Program-made: the position numbers and the translations under genes | The notes under the pieces: model-generated | The model's input: only the letters and a program-made list of their open reading frames with translations | Databases searched by the model: none | Told to the model about the DNA's origin: nothing | In this document: positions 10,628-22,681 of the stretch, piece by piece | Layout: each line of letters begins with the position of its first letter | Numbering within the stretch: position 1 is the first letter of the stretch | Source of the DNA: an uncultured Gemmatimonadales bacterium | Lineage (GTDB): Bacteria; Gemmatimonadota; Gemmatimonadetes; Gemmatimonadales; GWC2-71-9 | Length of the DNA stretch: 64,000 bases | Direction of reading: 5' to 3' | Assembly (NCBI GenBank): GCA_963844035.1 | Contig: CAWJMT010000002.1 | Coordinates: 25,780-89,779 of the forward strand

Positions 10628-11986
10628 TGTTCACAAAAGTCCTCATTGCCAACCGCGGGGAGATCGCCCTGCGGGTGATCCGCGCGTGCAAGGAATTGGG
10701 ACTCGGGACGGTGGCCGTCTACTCCGAGGCGGACCGGGAATCGCTGCACGTCCGGTTCGCGGACGACGACGTGTGCATCGGGCGCGCCCCCTCGCGCGAC
10801 AGCTACCTCAACATTCCACGGCTCATCGCGGCCGCGGAAATCACGGGCGCCGACGCGATTCATCCGGGATACGGATTTCTCGCGGAAAACAGCGAGTTTG
10901 CCGACACGGTGGCGGCCTCGAATATCACGTTCATCGGTCCCACGGCGGAGCAGATCCGGCAGATGGGCGACAAAGCCGCCGCCCGCAAGCTCGCGCACAA
11001 GCTGAAGGTCCCCACCGTGCCCGGCTCTCCGGGCCCGGTGGACGATGTCGACGCGGGGCTCAAGGTGGCGCTCAAGATCGGGTTCCCCGTGATCGTCAAG
11101 GCCGCGGCGGGCGGGGGCGGCAAGGGGATGCGCGTGGCCACCGATGAGGACCAGTTCCCGCAGGCCTTCGGGCTCGCCAAGCAGGAGGCCCTGGCCGCAT
11201 TCGGCTCGGACGAGGTCTATATCGAGAAATACCTCAGCCCGGCCCCGGCACGTCGAAATCCAGATCATGGGCGACTCGCATGGCCGGATCATGCACCTGT
11301 GCGAGCGCGACTGCTCGGTGCAGCGGCGCCATCAGAAGCTCATCGAAGAGGCGCCGAGCCCGGCCCTGGACCAGACGCTCCGGGACGACATGGGCGACGC
11401 GGCGATCCGCCTGGCCGAAGCGATCGGCTACGTCGGGGCGGGGACGATCGAGTTCCTGCTCGACGAGGACGGGTCGTTCTTCTTCATGGAGATGAACACC
11501 CGGATTCAGGTCGAGCACCCCGTGACCGAGATGTGCACGAACTTCGATCTGGTGAAGGAGCAAATTCGCGTCGCCGCCGGCGAGCCGCTGTCATTGGTCA
11601 TGAACGGCAGCCGGCTGCGCGGCCACGCGATTGAATGCCGCGTCAACGCGGAAGACCCCGCGCGCAACTTCCAGCCGTGTCCCGGTCTGATTACGGCGTA
11701 CCATCCGTCAGGCGGGCCCGGCGTCCGTGTGGACACGCACATCTACGCCGGGTACACCGTCCCCCCGTACTACGACTCGCTGCTCGCCAAGGTGATCGTG
11801 CACGGAAACTCCCGGCAGGAAGCGCTCGCTCGCATGCGACAGGCGCTCGATTCGTTTATCATTGAGGGCGTCACCACGACGATTCCGTTTCTCAGTCGAG
11901 TTATGCGCCACCCCGACTTTATCGCAGGCAAGGTGGATACGAAGTTCCTCGAGCGCGAGCCGCAGCTGCTCACCGGCCACGGATGA
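10627..11986 (+). CDS. accC: biotin carboxylase; one frameshift at the C/G run 11238-11248
   Basis: [21 protein letters not shown]... in frame 1 up to EKYLS; ...[11 protein letters not shown]...[13 protein letters not shown]... in ORF 11144..11986. Confidence 0.92.
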
Positions 11987-12702
11987 AAATTGACGTTCAT
12001 TTCACGCCAACCGGGCTGACTCCGGGTGACCTGAGCGGACGGAGCATTGTGGTGCTCGATGTGCTCCGCGCCACGACGACGGTCATCACGGCGCTCGCCA
12101 ACGGCGCGAAGGAAGTGATCCCGGCCGCCACCTCCGAAGAAGCGGTCCGGGTCGCCTCGAACCTTGAGAGGGACGGCGTGCTGCTGGCGGGCGAGCGCAA
12201 GAGCATGAAGATCGAAGGGTTCGCGCTCGGCAATTCGCCGCTCGAGATGACGCCCGAGGCCGTAGCGGGGAAGACGATCGTCCTGGCCACCACGAACGGG
12301 ACCCCCGCCCTCGTGGCGGCGCAGGGCGGCGACCCCGTCCTGGTGGGGGCGCCTGCGAATTTCAACGCCCTGGCCACCCGGGCGCGCGAGTGCCTGGTGG
12401 AGAAGGGGGAGCTGGTCATCGTCTGCGCCGGGCGGGAGCGGCAGTTCGCTCTCGAGGACGCGTATACGGCGGGGCGCCTCGTGAAGGCGGTAAAGAAAGG
12501 CCTCGGCAAGCTCGAGCTGAACGACGCAGCGCGCGCCGCGCAGTACCTCACCGGCGCGTACGACGACTGGGCCGATGCGTTCGCCGGGACGGCGGCGGCG
12601 CGGCAGCTGGAAGAAGCGAACCTCAGCGCCGATGTCGAGTTCTGTGCCACGCCGAACCGGTTCGGCTCCGTCCCCCAGTACGCCGAGCGGCGCATCACGT
12701 GA
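11983..12702 (+). CDS. comB: 2-phosphosulfolactate phosphatase family protein (ComB-like)
   Basis: Intact 239 aa: [38 protein letters not shown]. Confidence 0.75.
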   Translation: MKIDVHFTPTGLTPGDLSGRSIVVLDVLRATTTVITALANGAKEVIPAATSEEAVRVASNLERDGVLLAGERKSMKIEGFALGNSPLEMTPEAVAGKTIVLATTNGTPALVAAQGGDPVLVGAPANFNALATRARECLVEKGELVIVCAGRERQFALEDAYTAGRLVKAVKKGLGKLELNDAARAAQYLTGAYDDWADAFAGTAAARQLEEANLSADVEFCATPNRFGSVPQYAERRIT

Positions 12703-14924
12703 CCCCACGGGTGCGTGAGGAGCTGATCGGCATCGGGGCGCTGGTGATCGGCGTCTTCCTTGGCCTGACGCTCCTCGGCACTCAGGTGACAGGCAGCTGG
12801 GGTCGCGGACTCGGTCACGAGCTGCGGATGTTCTTCGGTGCGGGGGCCGTACTCATCCCGGTGATGGGTCTCGTGTGGGCCGCCGCGGCGTTCGAGCGTC
12901 TCGGTTCGCTGTCAGCCCTGCGCGCAGCGGCACTCGGTGCCGGCCTCGTGCTCCTGGTCCCCTACGGGATCGGCGTCGCGACCGGGGTTCGGGTGGATGG
13001 CCTCGCCGCGGATTACCTCGTGTGGACCACGTCCCAGCGGCTGGCCGGCCTCCTCGCAGGATTCCTGGCGGGGGGCATCACGGGAGTGATCGGGACCGCC
13101 GGTGGCGCGCTCGTGGGCCTGTTCGCGGTCTCAGCCCTCGGGATCCTCACCATCGGGTGGCATCCGCTGGTGGGGCTGCGGGCGAGGGAAAAGGGCAGCG
13201 GCAAGGCCGAAGCGGACAAGCCCGCTCCAAAGCGCAAGCGTGAGATCACCGCTCCCGCAGAAGTCGTCGAGGACCCTGACGACGATGTACCCTACCCTCC
13301 TCCCGTACCGCCCTCCACCAAGAGCCGCCGATCAAAAGTCGTATCCGCCAAGCCCGAATGGACGCCTGACGGTGCGCTGATCCCGCCGCTCGATCTCTTG
13401 AATGTCCCGTCCCCGGAAGCAGTGGACGCGGGTGCGGCACAGATCGACCGGATGGGTGAGAAGCTGATCGAGACGTTGCAGACATTCCGCGTGGAGGCCT
13501 CGGTCGTCGACCGGACGGTCGGCCCCGTCGTGACGCAGTACGAGGTGGCGCCGGGGCGGGGGGTGAAAGTCGGCCGGATCGCGGCGCTCGCCGACGACCT
13601 GGCGCTCGCGATGCGCGCGCAGAGTCTCCGCATCGTCGCGCCGATTCCGGGGAAGGCGGCGGTCGGCATCGAGGTCCCCAATCCGACGCCGCGAATGGTG
13701 GTGATCCGCGAGCTGCTCGACACGCCGGAATTCCGCCGGCCGAACCGCGCGCTCCCGGTGGCACTCGGACGAAACCTCGAGGGTGAGGCGGTGGTGGACG
13801 ACCTTGCCAAGATGCCGCATCTCCTCATCGCGGGCGCGACAGGATCGGGGAAGTCCGTCTGCATCAACACGATCATCACGAGCCTGATCTACTCGCATCC
13901 ACCGGAAGCCCTCCGGCTGCTGATGATCGACCCGAAGATGGTCGAGTTGTCGATGTACGCCTCGCTGCCGCACCTCGGACATCCGGTCGTGACGAACAAC
14001 CACAAGGCCGCGACCGTGCTCAAATGGGCGGTGGCCGAGATGGACCGGCGCTACAAGCTGCTCCATGCGAACCACGCCCGGAATCTCGGGGACTTCAATA
14101 AGAAGGTGAAGGACGGGAAACCGCTCGTGCACGCCGACGGGACGGGGGAGGTCACGCGGGTGGACGGCGTGAACATATCCTCCGGTCCCCGTCCGCCGTC
14201 TCCCTACACGAGCGGGATTCTGCCCTACGTCGTTCTGATCGTGGATGAGTTGGCGGATTTGATGCTGACCGTCCAGGGGGAGATCGAGACCCCGCTCGCG
14301 ATCCTGGCGCAGAAGGCGCGAGCCATCGGCATTCATCTGATCCTCGCGACTCAGCGTCCATCGGTGAACGTCCTCACGGGCTTGATCAAGGCGAACTTTC
14401 CCTGCCGGATCGCGTTCCGAGTTTCTGCGAAAGTGGACAGCCGCACGATCCTCGATCAGAACGGCGCCGAGGCGATGCTCGGGAACGGGGACATGCTGTT
14501 CCTCCCACCGGGCAAGAGCGAGCCGGTACGCATTCAGGGCGCGTTCATCTCCACGGAAGAAACCGAGCGGCTGATGGACTGGTACCGGGCCCGCGCGCCG
14601 CAGGCGGCGAACGCGGAGCAGGGCAAGCGCGAGATCGAGCAGCAGATCGCGGCGATCGAAGCAGCGGAAGCGCGGGAGCACGGAGACGGGACCGGGGAGG
14701 CCGGGACGCCCGGCGACCGGGACTCGCTGTTCCGGCAGGCGGCCGAGGTGTGCATCCAGAACCAGCTGGGCTCGACGTCGCTGTTGCAGCGCCGCATGAG
14801 CATCGGGTACGGACGGGCGGCTCGGATCATCGATCAGCTCGAGCAAGCCGGAATCCTCGGGCCCGCGAACGGCTCGAAGCCGCGGGATGTGCTGGTGGGG
14901 TTGGAAGAGCTGGATGGAGTCTAG
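12699..14924 (+). CDS. ftsK: DNA translocase FtsK
   Basis: The GTG at 12699 overlaps the comB stop. N-terminal TM segments, a Pro-rich linker, the motor domain (HLLIAGATGSGKSVCIN) and a gamma domain (LGSTSLLQRRMSIGYGRAARIIDQLE). Confidence 0.93.
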   Translation: MTPRVREELIGIGALVIGVFLGLTLLGTQVTGSWGRGLGHELRMFFGAGAVLIPVMGLVWAAAAFERLGSLSALRAAALGAGLVLLVPYGIGVATGVRVDGLAADYLVWTTSQRLAGLLAGFLAGGITGVIGTAGGALVGLFAVSALGILTIGWHPLVGLRAREKGSGKAEADKPAPKRKREITAPAEVVEDPDDDVPYPPPVPPSTKSRRSKVVSAKPEWTPDGALIPPLDLLNVPSPEAVDAGAAQIDRMGEKLIETLQTFRVEASVVDRTVGPVVTQYEVAPGRGVKVGRIAALADDLALAMRAQSLRIVAPIPGKAAVGIEVPNPTPRMVVIRELLDTPEFRRPNRALPVALGRNLEGEAVVDDLAKMPHLLIAGATGSGKSVCINTIITSLIYSHPPEALRLLMIDPKMVELSMYASLPHLGHPVVTNNHKAATVLKWAVAEMDRRYKLLHANHARNLGDFNKKVKDGKPLVHADGTGEVTRVDGVNISSGPRPPSPYTSGILPYVVLIVDELADLMLTVQGEIETPLAILAQKARAIGIHLILATQRPSVNVLTGLIKANFPCRIAFRVSAKVDSRTILDQNGAEAMLGNGDMLFLPPGKSEPVRIQGAFISTEETERLMDWYRARAPQAANAEQGKREIEQQIAAIEAAEAREHGDGTGEAGTPGDRDSLFRQAAEVCIQNQLGSTSLLQRRMSIGYGRAARIIDQLEQAGILGPANGSKPRDVLVGLEELDGV

Positions 14925-15000
14925 GTGTCAGGTGTCAGGTGCCAGGTGTCAGGTGTCAGGGATGACTGCAGCGCCTGACACCTGACACCTGACACCTGCA
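14924..15000. repeat. inverted array of tandem heptamers (GGTGTCA x5 / TGACACC x3) forming a long hairpin; possible ftsK terminator
   Basis: Left arm ggtgtcaggtgtcaggtgccaggtgtcaggtgtcagg (14924-14960), loop gatgactgcagcg, right arm cctgacacctgacacctgacacctg (14974-14998). Confidence 0.7.
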
Positions 15001-15067
15001 TGAGAAGGGCACCGTCGGCATAGATTCGCTTACGGTTGCGTGCCGGCGCACCGCTAGCTTCGGCTGC

Positions 15068-15460
15068 GTGAAAAGCGGCCTCCGCAGCGACCCGACAGAA
15101 TGGACCGACGAGCGGCAGAAGCGGGGGCTCGCCGGGGAGGAGCAGGCGATCCGCTACTTCCTGTCCCGCGGTTGGGCGCTGGTGGCGCACCGGTTCCGTG
15201 TCGGTCGCGCCGAGATCGACCTGATCGTGCGGCGCGGCGACCTGGTGGCATTCGTTGAGGTGAAGACGCGGCGTGGGACGGCGTTTGGAAGTCCGTTCGT
15301 CGCGGTGACCGGTCCCAAGCGGCGGGAATTGGTGAAGGTGGCACGTGTCTGGGTGGACCGGTTCGGGCGGCCCTCGGACGTCTATCGGTTCGACTGCGTG
15401 GGCGTCGTGGACGGGCGGCTGGATCACCTTGAGGATGCGTTCAGGCCCGGCTGGCGCTAA
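15068..15460 (+). CDS. yraN: YraN family (UPF0102) endonuclease-like protein
   Basis: GEEQAIRYFLSRGWALVAHRFRVGRAEIDLIVRRGDLVAFVEVKTRR. Confidence 0.8.
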   Translation: MKSGLRSDPTEWTDERQKRGLAGEEQAIRYFLSRGWALVAHRFRVGRAEIDLIVRRGDLVAFVEVKTRRGTAFGSPFVAVTGPKRRELVKVARVWVDRFGRPSDVYRFDCVGVVDGRLDHLEDAFRPGWR

Positions 15461-15510
15461 ATCCACCTTCGGTATATATTCGGGCCCACCCTTACTGAGG
15501 CCCGCAACAC

Positions 15511-16590
15511 ATGTCGAGGACTCTCATGGCGACCGAAAACCGGATAGCCCCCAAGCTGTCCGACGATCGCCGCAAGGCGCTCAACCTCGCCATCACCCAG
15601 ATCGAGAAGACGTGCGGCAAGGGCTCGATCATGCGGATGGGGGCCGACAGCCCCCAGGTACGGGTGGAGGCGATCCCGACCGGGGCGATCAACCTGGATG
15701 CCGCGATCGGGATTGGGGGCATCCCCCGGGGCCGGGTGACCGAGATCTTCGGTCCCGAGTCGAGCGGTAAGACGACGCTGGCGCTGCACGTGGTGGCCAA
15801 CGCGCAGCGGTTGGGGGGGGCCGCGGCCTACATCGACGCCGAGCATGCCCTCGACGTCGAGTACGCCAAGAAGCTGGGCGTGGACATCGATAACCTGCTG
15901 GTGTCGCAGCCCGACACGGGCGAGCAGGGACTCGAGATCACCGAGATCCTGGTCCGTTCGGGGGCGGTGGATGTCGTCGTGATCGACTCGGTGGCTGCCC
16001 TCGTGCCGAAGGCGGAGATCGAGGGAGAGATGGGCGACTCGCTGCCCGGGCTCCAGGCCCGGCTGATGAGCCAGGCGCTGCGGAAGCTGGCGGGCGCCAT
16101 CAACCGCTCGCATACGGCCGTCGTGTTCATCAACCAGCTGCGCGAGAAGATCGGCGTGATGTTCGGCAATCCCGAGACCACGAGCGGGGGACGGGCCCTC
16201 AAGTTCTACGCGTCGGTGCGGCTCGACGTGCGCCGCATCGCGCCGGTCAAGGATCGCGAGGTCGTGATCGGCAACCACATTCGCGTGAAAGTCGTGAAGA
16301 ACAAGGTGGCGCCGCCGTTCCGGCAGGCGGAGTTCGACCTCATGTTCGACGAGGGCATCAGCCACGAGTCGCTGCTGGTGGACATCGCCTCGGAGGTCGG
16401 GATCATCGAGAAGTCAGGTGCCTGGTACGCGTACGGGAAAGAACGGATCGGGCAGGGTCGCGAGAACGCGAAGTTGTTCCTCAAGGATCACCCGGACCTC
16501 GGCGCGGAAATCGAAGCCAAGGTCAAAGTGCACCTGGGGATGAAAGCGCCGCCGCTTGCCGATGAGGAGGCGCCCGCGCCGGAGGAGTAG
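15511..16590 (+). CDS. recA: recombinase RecA
   Basis: Intact: [62 protein letters not shown]. Confidence 0.97.
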   Translation: MSRTLMATENRIAPKLSDDRRKALNLAITQIEKTCGKGSIMRMGADSPQVRVEAIPTGAINLDAAIGIGGIPRGRVTEIFGPESSGKTTLALHVVANAQRLGGAAAYIDAEHALDVEYAKKLGVDIDNLLVSQPDTGEQGLEITEILVRSGAVDVVVIDSVAALVPKAEIEGEMGDSLPGLQARLMSQALRKLAGAINRSHTAVVFINQLREKIGVMFGNPETTSGGRALKFYASVRLDVRRIAPVKDREVVIGNHIRVKVVKNKVAPPFRQAEFDLMFDEGISHESLLVDIASEVGIIEKSGAWYAYGKERIGQGRENAKLFLKDHPDLGAEIEAKVKVHLGMKAPPLADEEAPAPEE

Positions 16591-17227
16591 GTGCCGATCG
16601 TCACGGGACTCGCCCCTGATCCACGACAGCCGGGATACCGGCTGGTGGAAGTGGATCGGGGGCGTTTTGCGTCCCTGCCGGCCGAGGCGCTGGCGACTCT
16701 CCCGGAGCCTCTCACGCCGGGTATCGAGCTTCCCGCCTCCGCTGTTCGCGCGGCTGCAGGAGCTTGCCGATGTCGAGGCTGCCTGGCGCGCGGCCCTGCG
16801 CGCGCTTGCGGCCCGAGGACGGGCGCGGGGCGACCTGCGGCGTCGCCTGATCCAAAAGCAACACCCGCCATCAGCGGTCGATGCCGCGCTCGCCCGGCTC
16901 GACGCGCAGGGGCTGCTCGATGACCGGCGCTTTGCCATGGAGTACGCTGCGCGGCACGCAGCCCGTGGGCGAGGGCCGGCGCGGCTCGTCGCCGACTTGC
17001 AGCGACAGGGTGTCGATCGCACCCTGGCGGACAAGGCGGTCGTGGAGGCGCTGGAGAGCGAGGGAGTCGATCCTGAGCGCGCGTTGCGCACGCTCGCCGA
17101 GCGGCGTGCGTCGCAGCTCGGGGCGCTCGCGGTCCCGGTCCGGAAGCGGCGGCTGCTGGCCTACCTGGCGCGGCGCGGATACCGCGTCGGCGAAGTAAAG
17201 GATCTGGTCAACGCGCTGTGCCGTTAG
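16591..17227 (+). CDS. recX: recombination regulator RecX; one apparent frameshift near 16725-16745
   Basis: Lies immediately after recA. The N-terminus is in frame 16591; three-helix repeats are in ORF 16556..17227 (LDDRRFAMEYAARHAARGRGPARLVADLQRQGV). Confidence 0.8.
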
Positions 17228-17275
17228 GGCGGCCGGGAGGGGTGATAACCGCCCCACCCCGGTATATTTAGCCCG

Positions 17276-19890
<2,615 letters not shown>

Positions 19891-19894
<4 letters not shown>

Positions 19895-20190
19895 CCCGGC
19901 GCGAGCTGCTGGAGTGGCTCGGCACCCGCCGTCCCGTGCCGCCCGCCGATCTGCGCGCTCACCTCGACGCCGCGGTCAAGGACGGCGCGGAGCCATTGCC
20001 GCAACATCTGGCCCGGCTCGGAAGCGAGCTCCTGACGTGGGTGGCCCGGCAGCCGACGGGCGGGCGAGAGCTCGCGCTCGATCTCCTCGCCGCCGATGCA
20101 TTTGTGACCTACGCGTTCGAAGCCCAGGCAGAGGCCGACGTGGATGGACTCGCGCGGCTAGCACAGGCCGTCACCGGAGGAAACGCATGA
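19891..20190 (+). CDS. hypothetical small protein
   Basis: 99-aa ORF whose ends overlap the alaS stop and the gmhA start (ATGA junctions). No recognisable motif. Confidence 0.45.
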
Positions 20191-20774
20191 GCACGACCCT
20201 GACGCCCGCCGAGCAGGCGCGCAAAGAGTTCACCGCCCTGGCGACGCTTGCCGGGCGCATAGCGGCGGAGCACGCCGACACCGTCGTCCGGTTGGCGGGC
20301 GTGTACGCAGCCGCGCTCAAGCGTGGCGGCACCATCTTCTTCGCCGGGAACGGCGGGAGCGCCGCCGACGCCCAGCACGTCGCGGCCGAATACGTCATCC
20401 GCTTTACGCACGACCGGCGGGCGTTGGCGGCGGTGGCCATCACCACCGATACGTCCGTTATCACCGCGGGCGCGAACGATCTGGGGTTCGACGAGATCTT
20501 CGCGCGGCAGACCGAGGCGCTGGTCCGCAAGGGCGACCTGCTGGTGATCCATTCCACCAGCGGCGGCAGCAAGAACATGATTCGCGCCGTGGAGGTGGCG
20601 AAGGCCAAGGGCGCGACGGTGGTCGGGATTCTCGGCAAGGACGGGGGACCGGTCCGGGCCATGGTCGACGACTACATCGTGATCCCGTCGGCCGAAACCA
20701 CGCACATCCAGGAGCTGCACCTCGCCGTCGAGCACGTGATCGTTGCACTCGTGGAACGGGAGCTCGGGGTCTGA
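20187..20774 (+). CDS. gmhA: SIS-domain D-sedoheptulose-7-phosphate isomerase-like protein
   Basis: FFAGNGGSAADAQHVAAEY, AITTDTSVITAGANDLGFDEIFARQ, IHSTSGGSKN, HIQELHLAVEH. Confidence 0.75.
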   Translation: MSTTLTPAEQARKEFTALATLAGRIAAEHADTVVRLAGVYAAALKRGGTIFFAGNGGSAADAQHVAAEYVIRFTHDRRALAAVAITTDTSVITAGANDLGFDEIFARQTEALVRKGDLLVIHSTSGGSKNMIRAVEVAKAKGATVVGILGKDGGPVRAMVDDYIVIPSAETTHIQELHLAVEHVIVALVERELGV

Positions 20775-20794
20775 CCTCCAAGGCGGTCGAGGGC

Positions 20795-21966
20795 GTGACG
20801 TTTCCTGAACGACTATCGATTCCACCGGAAGTGCTGGACATCGCCCGGACCCTCGAAGGGGCGGGTTACGAGACCTGGTGCGTCGGCGGCGCGATCCGGG
20901 ACAACCTGCTCGGCGTTGCAAACCACGATTTCGATCTGACCACCGCTGCGCCTCCGCAGGAGGTGCGCCGGTTGTTCCCGCGCACCGTCCCGGTAGGCAT
21001 CGAGCACGGTACCGTCGCGGTGCTCGATCCGCGCGACAAGCTCCACGAGGTGACGAGCTTCCGAAAGGACATCCGCACCGATGGCCGCCACGCGGTCGTC
21101 GAATTCGGCGTGTCCCTCACGGACGACCTCGCGCGCCGCGATTTCACTATCAACGCCATCGCGTATCATCCGCTGAAGCACGAGTGGCGCGACCCGTTTG
21201 GGGGGGAGGCCGATCTTCAGAAGAAGCTGATCCGCTCGGTCGGGGATCCCAACTGGCGGTTTCAAGAGGACTATCTCCGGATTCTGCGGGCGCTCCGGTT
21301 CAGCGCGCGCTTCGAGTTCCGGATCCATGCCCCGACGCTCGAGGCGGCGAAGGCGAATGTCGCAGGGTTGGGGCACCTCTCCGCGGAGCGGGTGCGGGAC
21401 GAATGGTTCAAAGGGATCGCCACGTCGGTTCGGGTCTCGAAGTCGCTCGCCCTGTGGCAGGAGGTCGGCGCGATCCGCATCTGGCTTCCGGAAGTCTCGT
21501 TGCAGGGGGAGGAGGGACGAGGGAAGCGTGAATTGGACGCGCTGCCCCGAGATGCGGTGCTGATCACCGCGTTCCTCTCACGCGATCCCGCCGCCACCTT
21601 GACGCGTCTCAAGTGCTCGAACCAGGACATCGAGCGCGGCCGGGCGATCGGGCACTGGCGCGACAAGTATCCCGACCCGAAGCATCTTCCCGGCCGTGCG
21701 GCGCTGGTTGTCCCAGGCGGGAGGGTACGCCGACGACCTGCTTACGCTTCCCGCGTCCCCCGTCCCCCTTGCAAAGGTCGTTGCGTCCATCCGCGCGGCG
21801 CAAGGATCCCCTGACGCTCAAGGATCTCGCGGTGACGGGGGATGATCTGCTCGCCGCGGGCGTTCGGCCCGGTCCCGACGTCGGGGCCACGCTCGAACGC
21901 CTGCTGGCCGAGGTGCTCGAGAACCCGTCGCACAATACGCACGCATATCTTCTGTCGCGTGTCTGA
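20795..21966 (+). CDS. CCA-adding enzyme / poly(A) polymerase family tRNA nucleotidyltransferase; two apparent frameshifts at 21690-21800
   Basis: GGAIRDNLLG...DFDLTT and RDFTINAIAY are in ORF 20795..21814. The C-terminus (LTLKDLAVTGDDLLAAGVRPGPDVGATLERLL) is in ORF 21613..21966, bridged by a third frame. Confidence 0.8.
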
Positions 21967-21973
21967 CGCGCTG

Positions 21974-22681
21974 ATGTACGCCCTGCTCGCGGCGCTCGCC
22001 AACGTCGGCGGAGCGCTCGTCCTGTCACGCGGGGCGACCCGTGGCGTGCTGGTGATCGAGCACTCGGTGGCGTTCGGGGCGGGGTTCATGCTGGCGGTGG
22101 CGATCACGGAGATCTTGCCGGAGGCGCTTCGCACGCAGCGGGTCCGGCAGCACCGGCGCTCGTGCTGGCAGGCTACCTCGCGGTGCACCTGACACAACAC
22201 ACCGTCACGCCGCACTTCCACTTCGGCGAAGAGACTCACGCCGTGCAGCCCATGGCGGGGACGAGCGCGTTGGTCGGGCTGCTGCTGCACACGTTCTTCG
22301 ACGGGGTCGCGATCGCGAGCGCGTTCCCCGTGGGACCGGTGCTGGGCACGATGGTGTTTTTCGCAATCCTGACTCCACAAGTTCCCCGAGGGGCTGACAA
22401 TCGCCAGCCTGATGATGGCGGCCGGTCGGTCCGCGCGGGCGGCGGTGGCGTCGGCGGGGCTGCTGGGGCTCGCGACGGTGGTTGGAGTAGTGGTGACCGA
22501 TTAGGTCGGGTTCCTCGTGCGGCACGGCCTCGCCGTGTCCGCCGGCGTGACGATCTACGTGGCGGCGTCGAACCTGGTGCCGGAGTTCCAGGGGAAGAAG
22601 GGGTGGAAGTTGCCGACGGCGTTCTTTCTCGGGGCTGGAGTGTTCTTTCTTACGAAGACGGTGCTGGACGCCCTGCTCTAG
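21974..22681 (+). CDS. ZIP family metal transporter; frame broken at least 3 times (candidate pseudogene)
   Basis: The protein is split over three frames: MYALLAALANVGGALV...; HTFFDGVAIASAF; LHKFPEGLTIASLMMAAG; and AVSAGVTIYVAASNLVPEF. Confidence 0.65.

Noticed and set aside
13332-14846. 504-aa minus-strand ORF antisense to ftsK. Similar long antisense ORFs: 9392-10462, 16871-18364, 37559-38695, 42801-44354, 53544-54722 and 39974-40945.
   Set aside because: These are typical high-GC shadow ORFs: Arg/Pro/Gly-rich, without motifs, and fully overlapped by strongly supported genes on the other strand.
17229-17275. Short hairpin (GGGGUG...CACCCC) and TATATT between recX and alaS as a terminator/promoter pair
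   Set aside because: The stem is only 6 bp with a 10-nt loop and no U-tract, and the -10-like hexamer has no convincing -35 partner.
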